A stretch of 64,000 nt of DNA from Gammaproteobacteria bacterium (GCA_963662865.1 OY759969.1:1583891-1647890), one strand, 5' to 3'; counted from the first letter of the stretch, positions 30,938 to 44,219 are shown. Made by a program: numbers and translations. Notes: generated by a model not told the origin, from the letters alone.

Positions 30938-31384
30938 TCACACTGGTTTCCTTGAGCCACACAAATCTTTCGCTACTCTGTCCAGTACACCATTGACAAA
31001 CTTATATCCCTGCTCGGCGCCATAGGTTTTGGCCAGTTCTATCGCTTCGTTAATCACTGCGCGATACGGAACGGAAGGGGTGTATTTCAATTCGTAGGTT
31101 GACAGTAATAATATTGCCTGCTCAATCGGGTCCACTTCATTGAATGGCCTGTAAAGAAATGGCTGCATAATATCGGCAAGTTCTTTGTGGTTTGCCTCTA
31201 CACCACGGATCAGTGCAGTGAGCATGCTCTGATCTGCGGACCGGGCTTCAGGGTCTTCAATATATTGATTTTCTATAGCCGTAATATTTTCCCGGCTCAT
31301 CAGCCATTGATAAATGGCCTGCATGGCCAGGCGTCGGGCGCTTGTGCGCGAACCGGTCTTTTTCTTATCTGCTGGTTTAACCAT
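30938..31384 (-). CDS. nusB: transcription antitermination factor NusB
   Basis: [37 protein letters not shown]; follows ribH. Confidence 0.96.
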   Translation of the reverse strand: MVKPADKKKTGSRTSARRLAMQAIYQWLMSRENITAIENQYIEDPEARSADQSMLTALIRGVEANHKELADIMQPFLYRPFNEVDPIEQAILLLSTYELKYTPSVPYRAVINEAIELAKTYGAEQGYKFVNGVLDRVAKDLCGSRKPV

Positions 31385-31871
31385 CCATGCCGCCATGCCG
31401 GCCGATCTTTTGCAGCAGGCTGACCATTTCGATTGCGCCAAGCGCGGCTTCGGCGCCTTTATTTCCGGCCTTGGTACCGGCCCGTTCGATGGCCTGCTCA
31501 ATGGTATCCGTTGTCAGAATACCATTGGATACCGGCACCCCATGGCGCAGCATGCTCCTGGAGAGTCCACTGGCTGATTCGCCGGCAACGATATCGAAAT
31601 GCGGTGTGTCACCCCGGACCACTGCGCCCAGCGCAATAATCGCATCATGCGAACCGGCAGTAGCCAGTTTTTCCACAATCAACGGAATTTCAAAGGCTCC
31701 GGGAACACGGTACAACCGGATATTTGAATCAGCTACTCCGTGACGCTTGAGTGCGTTCACGGCACCTTCAATCAGGGTCTCTACAATAGGATCGTTAAAG
31801 CGGGAGGCAACGATGGCGTAGTGACCGCTTGCGTTTGCGAGGTTACCTTCAATATTTTCTATATTATTCAT
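31377..31871 (-). CDS. ribH: 6,7-dimethyl-8-ribityllumazine synthase
   Basis: [42 protein letters not shown]. Confidence 0.97.
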   Translation of the reverse strand: MNNIENIEGNLANASGHYAIVASRFNDPIVETLIEGAVNALKRHGVADSNIRLYRVPGAFEIPLIVEKLATAGSHDAIIALGAVVRGDTPHFDIVAGESASGLSRSMLRHGVPVSNGILTTDTIEQAIERAGTKAGNKGAEAALGAIEMVSLLQKIGRHGGMDG

Positions 31872-31907
31872 ATCTGTATTCCTGTGCTGTACTTTCGATA
31901 GCGTCTG

Positions 31908-33035
31908 TCAGCTATCCGGGGAAATATAATCGACCACTTCCAGCCCAAAACCTGCCAGACCGCGAAATACCTTGGGGGAGCTTAATACCCGCATTTTGGA
32001 TACGCCCAGATCAGCCAGAATTTGTGCACCGATTCCATAGGTACGTAGTTCCTGTGCCGCCGGATTATCTTCTATGACTTGTCTCTCTTCTTTCTCTTGT
32101 GGTTCGGCCAGGTGTCCCTGGATGCGCCGAATCATGTCGCGCGGATCAACCTTTTCACAGAGTATGATCAGTACGCCATGCTTTTCCTGCGCAATACGCT
32201 GCATAGCATTTTTTAATGGCCAACCACAGCGCTCCCAGGTTGCGCCCAGTAAGTCACAGAGATTATCTCGCACATGTACTCGAACCGTTGTCGGTTCTTT
32301 TCCGGTTATATCACCATTAACCAGGGCGAGGTGTAAGTTACCTTCAATGTCGTCCTGATACGCATGCAGCCGAAATGTACCATATTCGGTAGGCGCGTCA
32401 CTTTCAGCCGCGTGAATGATTGTCTTTTCGTTATTCAGGCGGTAATGAATCAGGTCGGCAATCGTACCAATTCTGATATTGTGCTTTTCTGCAACCTTTT
32501 CCAGGTCGGACCGACGTGCCATGCTACCGTCTTCATTCAAAATCTCGACGATAACCGCTGCGGGCTCAAGCCCTGCGAGTCGGGCTAAATCGCAACCCGC
32601 CTCGGTATGGCCTGCGCGTGTCAGTACACCGCCTGGCTGTGCCATTAATGGGAAAATGTGTCCGGGTTGAACAAGGTCTTCCGGTTTTGCATAGGGGGCT
32701 ACGGCTGCCTGGATAGTGACTGCACGATCGGCCGCGGAAATACCGGTTGTAACTCCACTTGCCGCTTCAATAGAAACGGTAAAGTTTGTTGATCGCCGGG
32801 CATCTGTCCCACTAACCATTAGTGGTAGTTGCAGTTGTCGGCATCGCTGTTCCGTCAGTGTGAGGCAGATCAGACCACGGCCATGCGTCGCCATGAAATT
32901 AATATCATTGGGTCGCACCATGGAGGCCGCCATGAGAAAGTCTCCTTCATTTTCACGGTCTTCGCCATCCATGATGATAACCATGCGGCCATTTTTCAGT
33001 TCTTCCAGTATTTCTTCTGTTGTATCCAATCGCAT
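31908..33035 (-). CDS. ribB: 3,4-dihydroxy-2-butanone-4-phosphate synthase fused to a probably inactive GTP cyclohydrolase II-like domain (RibBX type)
   Basis: DRENEGD, PGHIFPL, RAGHTEA; the C-terminal domain lacks the canonical RxHSEC...CDC zinc motif. Confidence 0.9.
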   Translation of the reverse strand: MRLDTTEEILEELKNGRMVIIMDGEDRENEGDFLMAASMVRPNDINFMATHGRGLICLTLTEQRCRQLQLPLMVSGTDARRSTNFTVSIEAASGVTTGISAADRAVTIQAAVAPYAKPEDLVQPGHIFPLMAQPGGVLTRAGHTEAGCDLARLAGLEPAAVIVEILNEDGSMARRSDLEKVAEKHNIRIGTIADLIHYRLNNEKTIIHAAESDAPTEYGTFRLHAYQDDIEGNLHLALVNGDITGKEPTTVRVHVRDNLCDLLGATWERCGWPLKNAMQRIAQEKHGVLIILCEKVDPRDMIRRIQGHLAEPQEKEERQVIEDNPAAQELRTYGIGAQILADLGVSKMRVLSSPKVFRGLAGFGLEVVDYISPDS

Positions 33036-33084
33036 TGCCTTACCTCATAACAGCCGGGCGAAGCTATACTGCTTCGAAAGTTCC

Positions 33085-33705
33085 TTAAGCAGTACCGTCC
33101 ATCGTGGCAGCCCTGTCACCGAGCATCAAGCGCTCAAGATAGCGGGCAACTACATCAACTTCCAGATTGACCTCGTCACCGCTCCTGAGATTGCCTATGG
33201 TGGTCACCTGCAGGGTATGGGGGACAATATTCAAGTCAAGCCGGTTACCTTCAGCACCATTGACTGTCAGGCTGATTCCATCCACGCAGATTGAGCCTTT
33301 CTCTGCGATATATTTCGCCAATCCGGTCGGTGCCTCAATCACAAACCGTTCAGATCGTCCATCCGGACTCCGGCTGATTATCCTGCCTGTACCGTCTACG
33401 TGACCACTGACCATGTGACCGCCGAGGCGGGTTGTCGGAGTGACTGATTTCTCCAGGTTTACAGCCAAACCACTCTTTAGCTTACCAAAGGTGGTTCGGG
33501 ATAAAGTTTCCCTGGATACATCAGCCATGTAGTAATCTGAACCAAAGTCAATTGCCGTCAGGCAAACTCCCTGACATGCAATGCTATCACCGGTTTTGAC
33601 GTCGGACATATCCAACTCGCCGGTACCGATAGCATATCGGGCGTCTGCGTCCCGGTATTCTACACTGCGTATTTCTCCAACTGCCTGAATAATTCCAGTG
33701 AACAT
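33085..33705 (-). CDS. ribE: riboflavin synthase alpha chain
   Basis: MFTGII, GDSIA..GVCLT, LGGH.VSGHVDG, KGSICVDGISLTVN. Confidence 0.96.
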   Translation of the reverse strand: MFTGIIQAVGEIRSVEYRDADARYAIGTGELDMSDVKTGDSIACQGVCLTAIDFGSDYYMADVSRETLSRTTFGKLKSGLAVNLEKSVTPTTRLGGHMVSGHVDGTGRIISRSPDGRSERFVIEAPTGLAKYIAEKGSICVDGISLTVNGAEGNRLDLNIVPHTLQVTTIGNLRSGDEVNLEVDVVARYLERLMLGDRAATMDGTA

Positions 33706-33789
33706 ATAGGCGGTTCTATTTGCAAGGGAGGGCGATTATACGGGAATCCCGGTGCTTTCAGCGCCTTGAGTGGCCTGATCAGTTGTCGT

Positions 33790-34899
33790 TTATTCGGGGA
33801 ATACCGTGATTTTCCAGTCAGCGCCTACGGCGCGTATATCAGAAATACGAAGTTTTTTCCGCTCTGACATCTTTTCCAGTGCCGGTAAACGGAATAGTCC
33901 GCGGGCATTGTCTCCCATGATATGCGGTGCCATGAAAATAACGATTTCATCTACCAGCCCGATATCAAGCAACTCGCCGGCGATACCCGCTCCCGACTCG
34001 ACCATCACGTCGTTAATTTCACGTCCGGCCAGCTCTTTCATCACTGCATCCAGGGGCAGCTTGCCATCTTCACCCGCATCAATCCGCAATATATCTGCGC
34101 CCGCCTGAGCAAGCGCTCTGCAATTGTCATTTTCCACCGTGGTAATCACCAGGGTCTGGCCTTCCAGGCGCAGCATTCTGGACTGTGGCGACATGCGCGC
34201 CCTGGAGTCGCAAACCACTCTCAGGGGCTGTGCCGCATTGACCGGAATGTCCGTTCGCAGGGATTCGTGTTCCGATGCCCGGAAGGTCAGTGACGGGTTA
34301 TCCACTGTGACTGTCCCAATCCCGGTCAGCACCGCACCGCTTGCGGCACGCATACGATGCACTTCAGCACGCACCTCAGGCCCGGTGATCCATTGACTCT
34401 CGCCAGATGCCATGGCGGTACGCCCGTCGAGGCTCATGGCCATCTTGATACGAATATATGGCAGCCCTGTGATCATGCGTTTGATAAAGCCGGGATTGAG
34501 CTTTTCGGCTTCGGTTCTCAGAATATCTTTGGTCACTTCGATTCCGAAGCCTTGAAGAAATTTGATCCCCGAGCCTGATACGACAGGATTGGGGTCAATC
34601 ATGCCAAGTGCGACCCGGGAAACACCTGCCTCAGCCAATATACTGGCACAGGGCGGCGTGCGTCCATGGTGCGAGCAGGGCTCCAGGGTCACATAGGCCG
34701 TCGCACCATGGGCCTGCTCGCCTGCGTCTCTCAGGGCATTCACTTCGGCATGTGGCTCGCCAACCCTGCAATGAAAACCCTCGCCGACAATCTCACCGTC
34801 TTTTACAATAACGCAGCCGACGCGAGGATTGGGACGAGTGGTGTACCAGCCCTGACGCGCCAGATGGATAGCCCGAGCCATACAAGCGGAATCGTTCAT
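33790..34899 (-). CDS. ribD: bifunctional pyrimidine deaminase/reductase RibD
   Basis: PNPRVGCV, HAEV, TLEPCSHHGRTPPC, SLDGRTA. Confidence 0.97.
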   Translation of the reverse strand: MNDSACMARAIHLARQGWYTTRPNPRVGCVIVKDGEIVGEGFHCRVGEPHAEVNALRDAGEQAHGATAYVTLEPCSHHGRTPPCASILAEAGVSRVALGMIDPNPVVSGSGIKFLQGFGIEVTKDILRTEAEKLNPGFIKRMITGLPYIRIKMAMSLDGRTAMASGESQWITGPEVRAEVHRMRAASGAVLTGIGTVTVDNPSLTFRASEHESLRTDIPVNAAQPLRVVCDSRARMSPQSRMLRLEGQTLVITTVENDNCRALAQAGADILRIDAGEDGKLPLDAVMKELAGREINDVMVESGAGIAGELLDIGLVDEIVIFMAPHIMGDNARGLFRLPALEKMSERKKLRISDIRAVGADWKITVFPE

Positions 34900-34969
34900 C
34901 GGCTGTTTTTATGGGTAGTGCCCGGATAAATACCGGACAACAGTGCGTATGAATGGCGCACTATGCTGG

Positions 34970-35470
34970 CTAATCCTGTTTGAGTAAGTCCAGTTGATGG
35001 TCTCGTAATTCGGGTGCTGGGACTTTCTCCAGTCGCTTGACTTCATCCGTGAATTCTCCGACATTCTTAAAGTCCCTGTAAACTGAGGCAAACCGAACAT
35101 AGGCGACGTGATCAATCTGTTGCAGTTCATCCATAACCATTTCGCCAATCTGACGTGAATCAATTTCACGATCATCAATAACCATGAGTTTGCGGCATAT
35201 ATGATTTAGCACCAGTTCAATGTCATCGACGGAAACCGGACGTTTTTCCAGAGCACGCCAGATGCCTGTCCGCACCTTGCCTTCATTAAAATCTTCACGG
35301 GCACCGTCAGTTTTAATTACCTTGGGATACTGTAACTCAGCTCTTTCAAATGTGGTAAAACGTGCCGAGCAGAGCACGCATTCACGGCGACGGCGAACCT
35401 GATTACTTTCAGACGCAAGGCGTGAATCGCATACCCTGGTATCCTGAGCGCCGCAAAAGGGACAGTGCAT
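34970..35470 (-). CDS. nrdR: transcriptional repressor NrdR
   Basis: MHCPFC...RRRREC..C..RFTTFE; ATP cone; VAYVRFASVYR. Confidence 0.97.
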   Translation of the reverse strand: MHCPFCGAQDTRVCDSRLASESNQVRRRRECVLCSARFTTFERAELQYPKVIKTDGAREDFNEGKVRTGIWRALEKRPVSVDDIELVLNHICRKLMVIDDREIDSRQIGEMVMDELQQIDHVAYVRFASVYRDFKNVGEFTDEVKRLEKVPAPELRDHQLDLLKQD

Positions 35471-35497
35471 AAATTAACCGATCACTATTTCCAGCAT

Positions 35498-36817
35498 TCA
35501 GGTGTGTAATACTGCGGCCTTTTTTATCTTGTCCATGTTATCTTCTTCACGGACGTAAACCGGAAATGAATGACACAGAGCACGGACTTTTTCACTGACA
35601 CTGCTCAGAACGGCGTCATCAACCTTGTTACCGGTCGCAAGGCAGTCAATGATGTCACACATCCAGTGTGTAAGATTCCGTGCCTCAGCCTCAACAAAAC
35701 CACGCGTCGTAATGGCCGGCGTACCGATACGAATACCACTGGTGACAAAAGGCGATTGAGGGTCATTCGGAACGGCATTTTTATTCACGGTAATCCCCAC
35801 AGAACCCAAAGTTTCTTCAATTGCCTTACCCGTCAGGCCCTTGTTAATGAAACTCAGCAGCAATAAATGATTATCAGTACCACCGGAAATAACGTCATAA
35901 CCGCGCTCCATAAAAATACCTGCCATAATCCTGGCATTCGCGATCACCTGCTGCTGGTAAACGACAAAATCAGGCGACATCGCTTCCTTCAATGCAACCG
36001 CTTTGGCGGCTATGACGTGCATTAGCGGGCCGCCCTGTATGCCAGGGAAAACTCGGGAATTGAGCTTCTTTTCAATTTCTTCATTTGCCCTGGCCATAAT
36101 CAGGCCACCACGCGGACCGCGCAGTGTTTTGTGTGTCGTCGTCGTGGTCACATCGGCTATTTGAACCGGACTGGGGTAGGCTCCGGTCGCAACCAGACCG
36201 GCAACGTGGGCCATATCGACAACGAGGTAGGCACCAACGCTATCTGCAATTTCACGGAAACGCTGCCAGTCTACGATACGGGAATAGGCGGAAAAGCCAG
36301 CGATAATAACCTTTGGTTTGTGCTCTTTAGCGAGCGCTTGCACCTGATCGTAGTCAATTTCCTGAGTGTCTTTGGTCAGCCCATATTGCACCGCATTAAA
36401 TATCAGGCCGGAAATATTCAGTTTCATACCGTGTGTGAGATGCCCTCCTTCTGCCAGGCTCATTCCCAACAGCGTGTCACCAGGCTTCATCAGCGCCAGA
36501 TAGGCTGCCGCATTCGCCTGCGAACCTGAGTGTGGCTGAACATTGACATAATCCGCACCAAATAGCTCTTTTGCGCGGTCAATCGCCAACTGTTCCGCAA
36601 CATCGACATATTCACAGCCGCCATAGTATCGTTTGCCCGGATAGCCCTCGGCATACTTATTGGTCAGTTGCGAACCCTGCGCCTGCATAACGCATGGGCT
36701 GCAATAGTTTTCCGAAGCAATCAGCTCAATATGATCTTCCTGGCGCTGTTCTTCGCTGAGTATGGCTCGCCAGATCGGCTTATCAAAACCTTCAATAGTA
36801 TCGTTCACAGAAAACAT
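35498..36817 (-). CDS. glyA: serine hydroxymethyltransferase
   Basis: [37 protein letters not shown]. Confidence 0.98.
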   Translation of the reverse strand: MFSVNDTIEGFDKPIWRAILSEEQRQEDHIELIASENYCSPCVMQAQGSQLTNKYAEGYPGKRYYGGCEYVDVAEQLAIDRAKELFGADYVNVQPHSGSQANAAAYLALMKPGDTLLGMSLAEGGHLTHGMKLNISGLIFNAVQYGLTKDTQEIDYDQVQALAKEHKPKVIIAGFSAYSRIVDWQRFREIADSVGAYLVVDMAHVAGLVATGAYPSPVQIADVTTTTTHKTLRGPRGGLIMARANEEIEKKLNSRVFPGIQGGPLMHVIAAKAVALKEAMSPDFVVYQQQVIANARIMAGIFMERGYDVISGGTDNHLLLLSFINKGLTGKAIEETLGSVGITVNKNAVPNDPQSPFVTSGIRIGTPAITTRGFVEAEARNLTHWMCDIIDCLATGNKVDDAVLSSVSEKVRALCHSFPVYVREEDNMDKIKKAAVLHT

Positions 36818-36944
36818 GAAAAAATCCCCTACGCTCGAAATAGACAGCGAAATTGGTAAGAATTGGAATAATAACGGATTTGGTTCAAAAATCACTCCAA
36901 AATCACGATGAATATGTTATTCAAGGAAACAAAGCATGAATTGT

Positions 36945-37910
36945 TTATCCGGCTGATTGGTCTCTGCCATAAGCAATCATTGCTTCGACCACCGCCGTCC
37001 AGGTGGTTGCGATATTGTCTCGATTATAACCACCGCCTCCCATTACCAGTAATCGCCCCTGACAATATTCGTCGGCGATCCGGCAGAGGCTGGCGGTAGC
37101 CTGCGCATGGGCCCGATGGGTAAATCGCATGTGGGTGATAGGATCTCCATCAATACTGTCGGCACCGGCTTGCAGGAGGATAAATTGCGGACGATGGCAA
37201 TGTAGATAGCTCTCAATCTGCTTCCAGTAAATCCCGAAAACGTCATCACTGGAGTTTGGAGGCGCCGGCAGATTCAGCTTCATCCCTTTTGCATTGCCCA
37301 GCCCTGTCTCCTCAATTGCACCGGTACCCGGATAAAGAAATTGTCCGTCTTCATGAATATCGGCAAAAAGCACCCGCGGGTCATCCTGAAAGCTGTAAAA
37401 AACACCGTCACCATGATGGGCATCGATATCAACATAGGCAATACGATCCAGGCCGAATTCATCAAGCAAGGTTTCGATGACTACCCCGCAGTCATTAAAG
37501 ACACAAAAGCCCGAAGCACTGTCGCGCCGTGCGTGATGCAAACCGGAAATTGGTATAAACGCACGCTCAATTTCGCCACTCATTATTGAGCGAACCGCTG
37601 ATAACGCCGTACCAACAACCGTCGCGGCGGCCTCATAAACTCCCCTGAAAGCCGGTGTATCCCCGCCGTCCAGATAGCCTTCACCGGTGCCAGACTTTTC
37701 TTTTACCAGTTCGACATACTCATGCACGTGAAAGCGCTCAATCTCATTCTGGCTCGCCTTCTCCGGTGATCGTTCACTGACGAGCCGGTCCAGGCCATTC
37801 TGCCGATAACGTGCCTCGAATACCCCCATACGATCCGGACCGAAAGGATGGTTTTCTCCAAAACCATAGCTCGCTAATTCTTCGCCAAGGTAAACCGCTA
37901 CATTAAACAT
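36945..37910 (-). CDS. histone deacetylase/AcuC-family amidohydrolase
   Basis: HPF...R, GLHHA...SGFCVFND, DIDAHHGDG, GADS..GDP, GGGGY. Confidence 0.92.
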   Translation of the reverse strand: MFNVAVYLGEELASYGFGENHPFGPDRMGVFEARYRQNGLDRLVSERSPEKASQNEIERFHVHEYVELVKEKSGTGEGYLDGGDTPAFRGVYEAAATVVGTALSAVRSIMSGEIERAFIPISGLHHARRDSASGFCVFNDCGVVIETLLDEFGLDRIAYVDIDAHHGDGVFYSFQDDPRVLFADIHEDGQFLYPGTGAIEETGLGNAKGMKLNLPAPPNSSDDVFGIYWKQIESYLHCHRPQFILLQAGADSIDGDPITHMRFTHRAHAQATASLCRIADEYCQGRLLVMGGGGYNRDNIATTWTAVVEAMIAYGRDQSAG

Positions 37911-38146
37911 AGTTATCCATGCCGGACTGATCCCCAAAACTGCTTTTGATTCTATAGAACGCACCCGCAGTGCGCCAGGATTATCCGAATTGAGACCATA
38001 TGTGGCTTGCCAAATAGTCTGCGTGAGTTGCTAATCCAGTTTGACTAATGTCTGGCAGAACAAAGGTACCGGTATCATACAAACTCTGACTTGATCAGGG
38101 TTTACCTATATAATCACCTCTCTTATCGCTCAATCCGGTTATTTTC

Positions 38147-39508
38147 ATGTTCGATAAACTTGCTGAACGCCTGTCAGAGGTCACTCGCCAGCTACGCGGA
38201 CAAGCCAGGATTACGGAAACCAATATCCAGGACGGCCTGCGGGAAGTACGAGTGGCCTTGTTAGAGGCCGATGTCGCCTTACCCGTTGTCAAGGTTCTGA
38301 TAGAAAAAATCCAGGGGCGTGCAGTAGGCCAGAAAGTTCTGCAAAGCCTGACTCCCGGTCAGGCATTGATCAAGATAGTGCAGGACGAGCTCGTTACCGT
38401 CATGGGGGAGGCTAATGAACAACTCTCACTCAATATCGCACCACCTGCCGTTGTGCTGGTGGCCGGCCTGCAGGGGGCGGGTAAAACGACTTCGGTTGCC
38501 AAACTCGCCCACTTTCTCAGGGAAAGGCACAAGAAGAAGGTTATGACGGTAAGCTGTGACATCTATCGTCCCGCAGCGATTGATCAGCTACAGATACTCT
38601 CGGCGGAGGCCGGTGCCGAATTCTTCCCATCCACAAGCAAAGATAAACCGGCCAAAATCGTAAAAAATGCGATCAAGCAGGCCAGAGTATCGACTGCCGA
38701 TGTTCTGTTGGTGGATACCGCCGGTCGCCTGCACGTTGATGAGGAAATGATGGACGAGATCAGGCAACTGCACTCGACCTGTAATCCCGTGGAAACCCTG
38801 TTTGTCATTGACAGCATGACCGGTCAGGACGCCGTCAATACGGCCAGGGCGTTTAATGATGCCTTGCCACTCACCGGTATTATATTGACAAAGGCAGATG
38901 GCGATGCTCGCGGCGGTGCGGCACTATCTGCCCGTTACATTACGGGTAAGCCCATCAAATTTATTGGGGTGGGTGAGAAAATCGCAGCCCTGGAACCGTT
39001 CCATCCGGACCGAATCGCATCCCGCATTCTGGGCATGGGCGATGTAGTCAGTCTGGTCGAAGAAGTTCAGCAGAAGGTTGACCATGAAAAGGCCGCCAGG
39101 CTGGCGAGGAAAATAAAGAGGGGCAAGGCCTTTGACCTGGAAGACTTACGTGACCAACTGCAACAAATGCTGGGAATGGGAGGTCTGAGTACCTTGATGG
39201 ATAAACTGCCCGGTATGGGACGGGTACCGGAAGCCGCCAAGGAACAGATGAATGACAGGCAACTAAGGCATATGGTTGCGATTATCAGTTCGATGACGCC
39301 GAAAGAAAGGCGCATTCCTACCCTGATTAACGGTTCCCGTCGTAAACGTATAGCACAGGGCTCAGGTACCACCATTCAGCAGGTAAATCAGGTGATGAAA
39401 CAATATAAGCAAATGTCAAAGATGATGAAAAAGATGGGCAAGGGCGGCGGCATGGCTAAGTTAATGCGGGGACTGGGCAGTAAAATACCGGGGAGTACGC
39501 CACTTTAG
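38147..39508 (+). CDS. ffh: signal recognition particle protein
   Basis: GLQGAGKTT, DTAGR, TKADGDARGG; Met-rich M domain. Confidence 0.98.
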   Translation: MFDKLAERLSEVTRQLRGQARITETNIQDGLREVRVALLEADVALPVVKVLIEKIQGRAVGQKVLQSLTPGQALIKIVQDELVTVMGEANEQLSLNIAPPAVVLVAGLQGAGKTTSVAKLAHFLRERHKKKVMTVSCDIYRPAAIDQLQILSAEAGAEFFPSTSKDKPAKIVKNAIKQARVSTADVLLVDTAGRLHVDEEMMDEIRQLHSTCNPVETLFVIDSMTGQDAVNTARAFNDALPLTGIILTKADGDARGGAALSARYITGKPIKFIGVGEKIAALEPFHPDRIASRILGMGDVVSLVEEVQQKVDHEKAARLARKIKRGKAFDLEDLRDQLQQMLGMGGLSTLMDKLPGMGRVPEAAKEQMNDRQLRHMVAIISSMTPKERRIPTLINGSRRKRIAQGSGTTIQQVNQVMKQYKQMSKMMKKMGKGGGMAKLMRGLGSKIPGSTPL

Positions 39509-39590
39509 GGCCTCACAATTATGGCAAGAATCGTTCTTGAATCAGGACGTTTAGCGCCTAACCTTCAGGTCAATAATCGGAGCAATAACT

Positions 39591-40097
39591 ATGCTAAAAC
39601 TCATTCGGATAATTTCTTTTGTGGGACTGGCTGCAGCCGGCGTTGGACCCGTTCACGCATGGTGGGACGAAAATAGCGGTGACTGGAAAAACTACCGCGA
39701 AAATAGCGATGCCCGCGGATATGGCTGGCGGAGGCACCCAGTCTCCGGTGAAGGCTGGAAACCCTGGAAAGACCGAATGTGGCAAGACTGGCGCGCACCA
39801 TGGAGTCATGATGGTAGCCGCTGGGGGGCAGGGCCATGGAGCTCTTTTGGTGAGTCCTTCGGTGATCTGATGGGAGAAGTCGAAGTTGATGCCAATGTCA
39901 GGGTCAAAGGTAAGACGTCCGGCAGTGGTGAAACCGAGGGTGAAATCTGGAATTATGGTTATTCCAATAACTACAGGGGGCACCCGTCACCATATCCTTA
40001 CGGGCCTGTGTCGTATCCTTACGGGCCTTACACAGGACCCTATCCTTATTACCGACCACAGGCTGCTCCATATGCGCCATATCCCCCACGACACTAG
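39591..40097 (+). CDS. sulfur globule protein family (Sgp-like) exported protein
   Basis: Signal peptide ending VHA|WW; Trp/Gly-rich N-part, 'FGDLMGEVEVDANVRVKGK..GSG' core and Pro/Tyr/Gly-rich tail. Confidence 0.65.
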   Translation: MLKLIRIISFVGLAAAGVGPVHAWWDENSGDWKNYRENSDARGYGWRRHPVSGEGWKPWKDRMWQDWRAPWSHDGSRWGAGPWSSFGESFGDLMGEVEVDANVRVKGKTSGSGETEGEIWNYGYSNNYRGHPSPYPYGPVSYPYGPYTGPYPYYRPQAAPYAPYPPRH

Positions 40098-40143
40098 CAG
40101 GCTGTTGAAATTCTACTCATGCAGCATGATACGGCGTTAAAAA
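40096..40143. repeat. truncated copy of the 6264-6407 element
   Basis: AGCAGGCTGTTGAAATTCTACTCATGCAGCATGATACGGCGTTAAAAA matches 6264-6311 with about 3 substitutions. Confidence 0.85.
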
Positions 40144-40168
40144 AGTTCCGTTGCCCCCTGTCCGCAGG

Positions 40169-42322
<2,154 letters not shown>

Positions 42323-42421
42323 CTAAAAAATATAAAAAAGTTTTCTTGACTTAATAAATTTTATGATAGAATCATTGCGGTGTTAGGGTATTTTTTTGAT
42401 CAATCAAGGAGGAAAACTTCG

Positions 42422-43789
42422 ATGAATCGCTTTTTTAACAATATTTTTATGACCTGCCTGTTGGCCTGTCTCCCGCTGGCGGTGTTATTGCCGGGAACCG
42501 TGCAGGCGCAGATGGTGCCCGAAGGGGGTGGCATGAAGCAGCAGCTTTCAGACAAGGGCTATAACTTTCGGTTATACGGCAAGTTCCGACCCAAGGTGTC
42601 CTTTCGCGATGACGACGACGGCAATACAAGTACAACCGACATCCGCGACGATTCCTCGCGGCTCGGCATCCAGGGCAAAATTCCGATCAACGACCGGCTG
42701 ACCGGGGTGTTGCGCGGCGAATGGCGAGTGGAGATCGGCGAAGATCGGGATCAGGACGGCAGAGGAGCCGGAGGATCTTTGGGTAATGCGCGTCTGGCCT
42801 ATGCCGGTCTTGAGAGCAAGGACGCGGGTTTTCTGGGTATCGGCCAGCAGTGGAACCCGTATTATGACATCGTCGGCGAGCAGGTGGATGTCCTATACAA
42901 TGCCTCCGATACTCCCGTTGGATATAATCGCGTCGAGGCTCCTTTTCGTACCAGTAACCTCGTCAAATATGCGCACAGCGTCGGGGCGTTCAAGTTCAGC
43001 GCCGGCCTGCAAGCGAACGGTGATGATAATACCGATGCGTTTACAGTCGGTTTAGGGCTTGATGTGGGTCGAGGCTACATCGGTATTGCTTACTTGCAGC
43101 AGGATATGGACGGGGCTGACAGCTTTCAAACGGGGATTTTCACCGGTGCGGGTAGCAACACTATTGGCGCATCGGCTGGTCGTTTGCCCCAAGAAAGAGT
43201 ACCTGCTGTTGACCCTGTGGCCCCTACTCCTGCTAACCCGTCAGGTACTCCTAGTAGCCCGGCTAGAAATGTTGACATTACAACTACTGGCCAGACGGGT
43301 ATCGCTACAGCCATACCCGCGGCTGGCAATGCTCGGGCTATTCCTGTTGAAAATAATATCATCGTCGGCGATCTTCGCACCGGTGATCGTCAAACGAAGC
43401 ACATTGGCATCGGCGCCAGTTATAGTGTCACCGATGATTTCTATGTGAGCGCCCTCTATCAGGATGTATCCATTGATAACGATGCCCAGTCCTGCACCAT
43501 CATCAGTGGTACTAGATATTGTGTCGATAAACCCAACGACGACCCCTCCTCTCTCGACATCGCAGCGGTCTATTCCTTCGGTCACGGCATGAAGCTGTTG
43601 GCAGGGGCGTACACTTATGACTCCGACAACAGCAGCGACGAGAAAGGCCTCACCCTCGGAATAGCCAAAAATCTGGCATCAGGTCTGGATATATATGTTG
43701 ATTGGTTAAGAGAGGACCGCGATGACAGAGATGCCACTAATACAGTCAATTTTGGTGTCCGCTACAACTTTGATGTCGGCCTTCTGTAA
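42422..43789 (+). CDS. Gram-negative porin with a long inserted loop
   Basis: Signal peptide; LYG, SRLGIQG, RLAYAGL, GVRYNF porin motifs; ~95-aa Pro/Thr/Gly-rich insert. Confidence 0.88.
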   Translation: MNRFFNNIFMTCLLACLPLAVLLPGTVQAQMVPEGGGMKQQLSDKGYNFRLYGKFRPKVSFRDDDDGNTSTTDIRDDSSRLGIQGKIPINDRLTGVLRGEWRVEIGEDRDQDGRGAGGSLGNARLAYAGLESKDAGFLGIGQQWNPYYDIVGEQVDVLYNASDTPVGYNRVEAPFRTSNLVKYAHSVGAFKFSAGLQANGDDNTDAFTVGLGLDVGRGYIGIAYLQQDMDGADSFQTGIFTGAGSNTIGASAGRLPQERVPAVDPVAPTPANPSGTPSSPARNVDITTTGQTGIATAIPAAGNARAIPVENNIIVGDLRTGDRQTKHIGIGASYSVTDDFYVSALYQDVSIDNDAQSCTIISGTRYCVDKPNDDPSSLDIAAVYSFGHGMKLLAGAYTYDSDNSSDEKGLTLGIAKNLASGLDIYVDWLREDRDDRDATNTVNFGVRYNFDVGLL

Positions 43790-43845
43790 GCCGAACCGTT
43801 TGGCTTGAAAATCAGGCGGAGGCAGCTTGCCTCGGCCCATGATTC

Positions 43846-43880
43846 ACGGGGACATGTCGATACATGTCCCCGTTTTTTTT
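43846..43880 (+). terminator. intrinsic terminator after porin 1
   Basis: ACGGGGACATGT-CGAT-ACATGTCCCCGT-TTTTTTT. Confidence 0.9.
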
Positions 43881-43935
43881 GGGTCATGACACAGGAAAAT
43901 TGACAACAATCGCCAGGACCGCCACTATTAACTCC

Positions 43936-44175
43936 ATGAGCACCATCCACAAAGAGGTTTACGATGCGTTCCTGGAGGCCGGCACTTCGGAAGAGAAGGC
44001 CGAATCGGCCGCACACGCTATCGCCACAGTGCCTGAAGGCCTAGTCACCGAAGAATCGCTAAAATCGGCATTGTCCGAATTGAAGTACGAACTGAAGTAC
44101 GAAATGTACCGACTTTTCACAACCGGAATCGGCGTGGTGCTCGCCGCCATCGCTGCGCTGGCCATCTTCAAATAG
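43936..44175 (+). CDS. DUF1640/CCDC90-like small coiled-coil membrane-anchored protein (copy A)
   Basis: MSTIHKEVYDAFLEAGTSEEKAESAA head, LVT neck, short coil, C-terminal TM ending LAIFK. Confidence 0.75.
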   Translation: MSTIHKEVYDAFLEAGTSEEKAESAAHAIATVPEGLVTEESLKSALSELKYELKYEMYRLFTTGIGVVLAAIAALAIFK

Positions 44176-44219
44176 AAAGAGAACTGACAAAACCGTCAAA
44201 ATCTCCCACGATCAACCCC

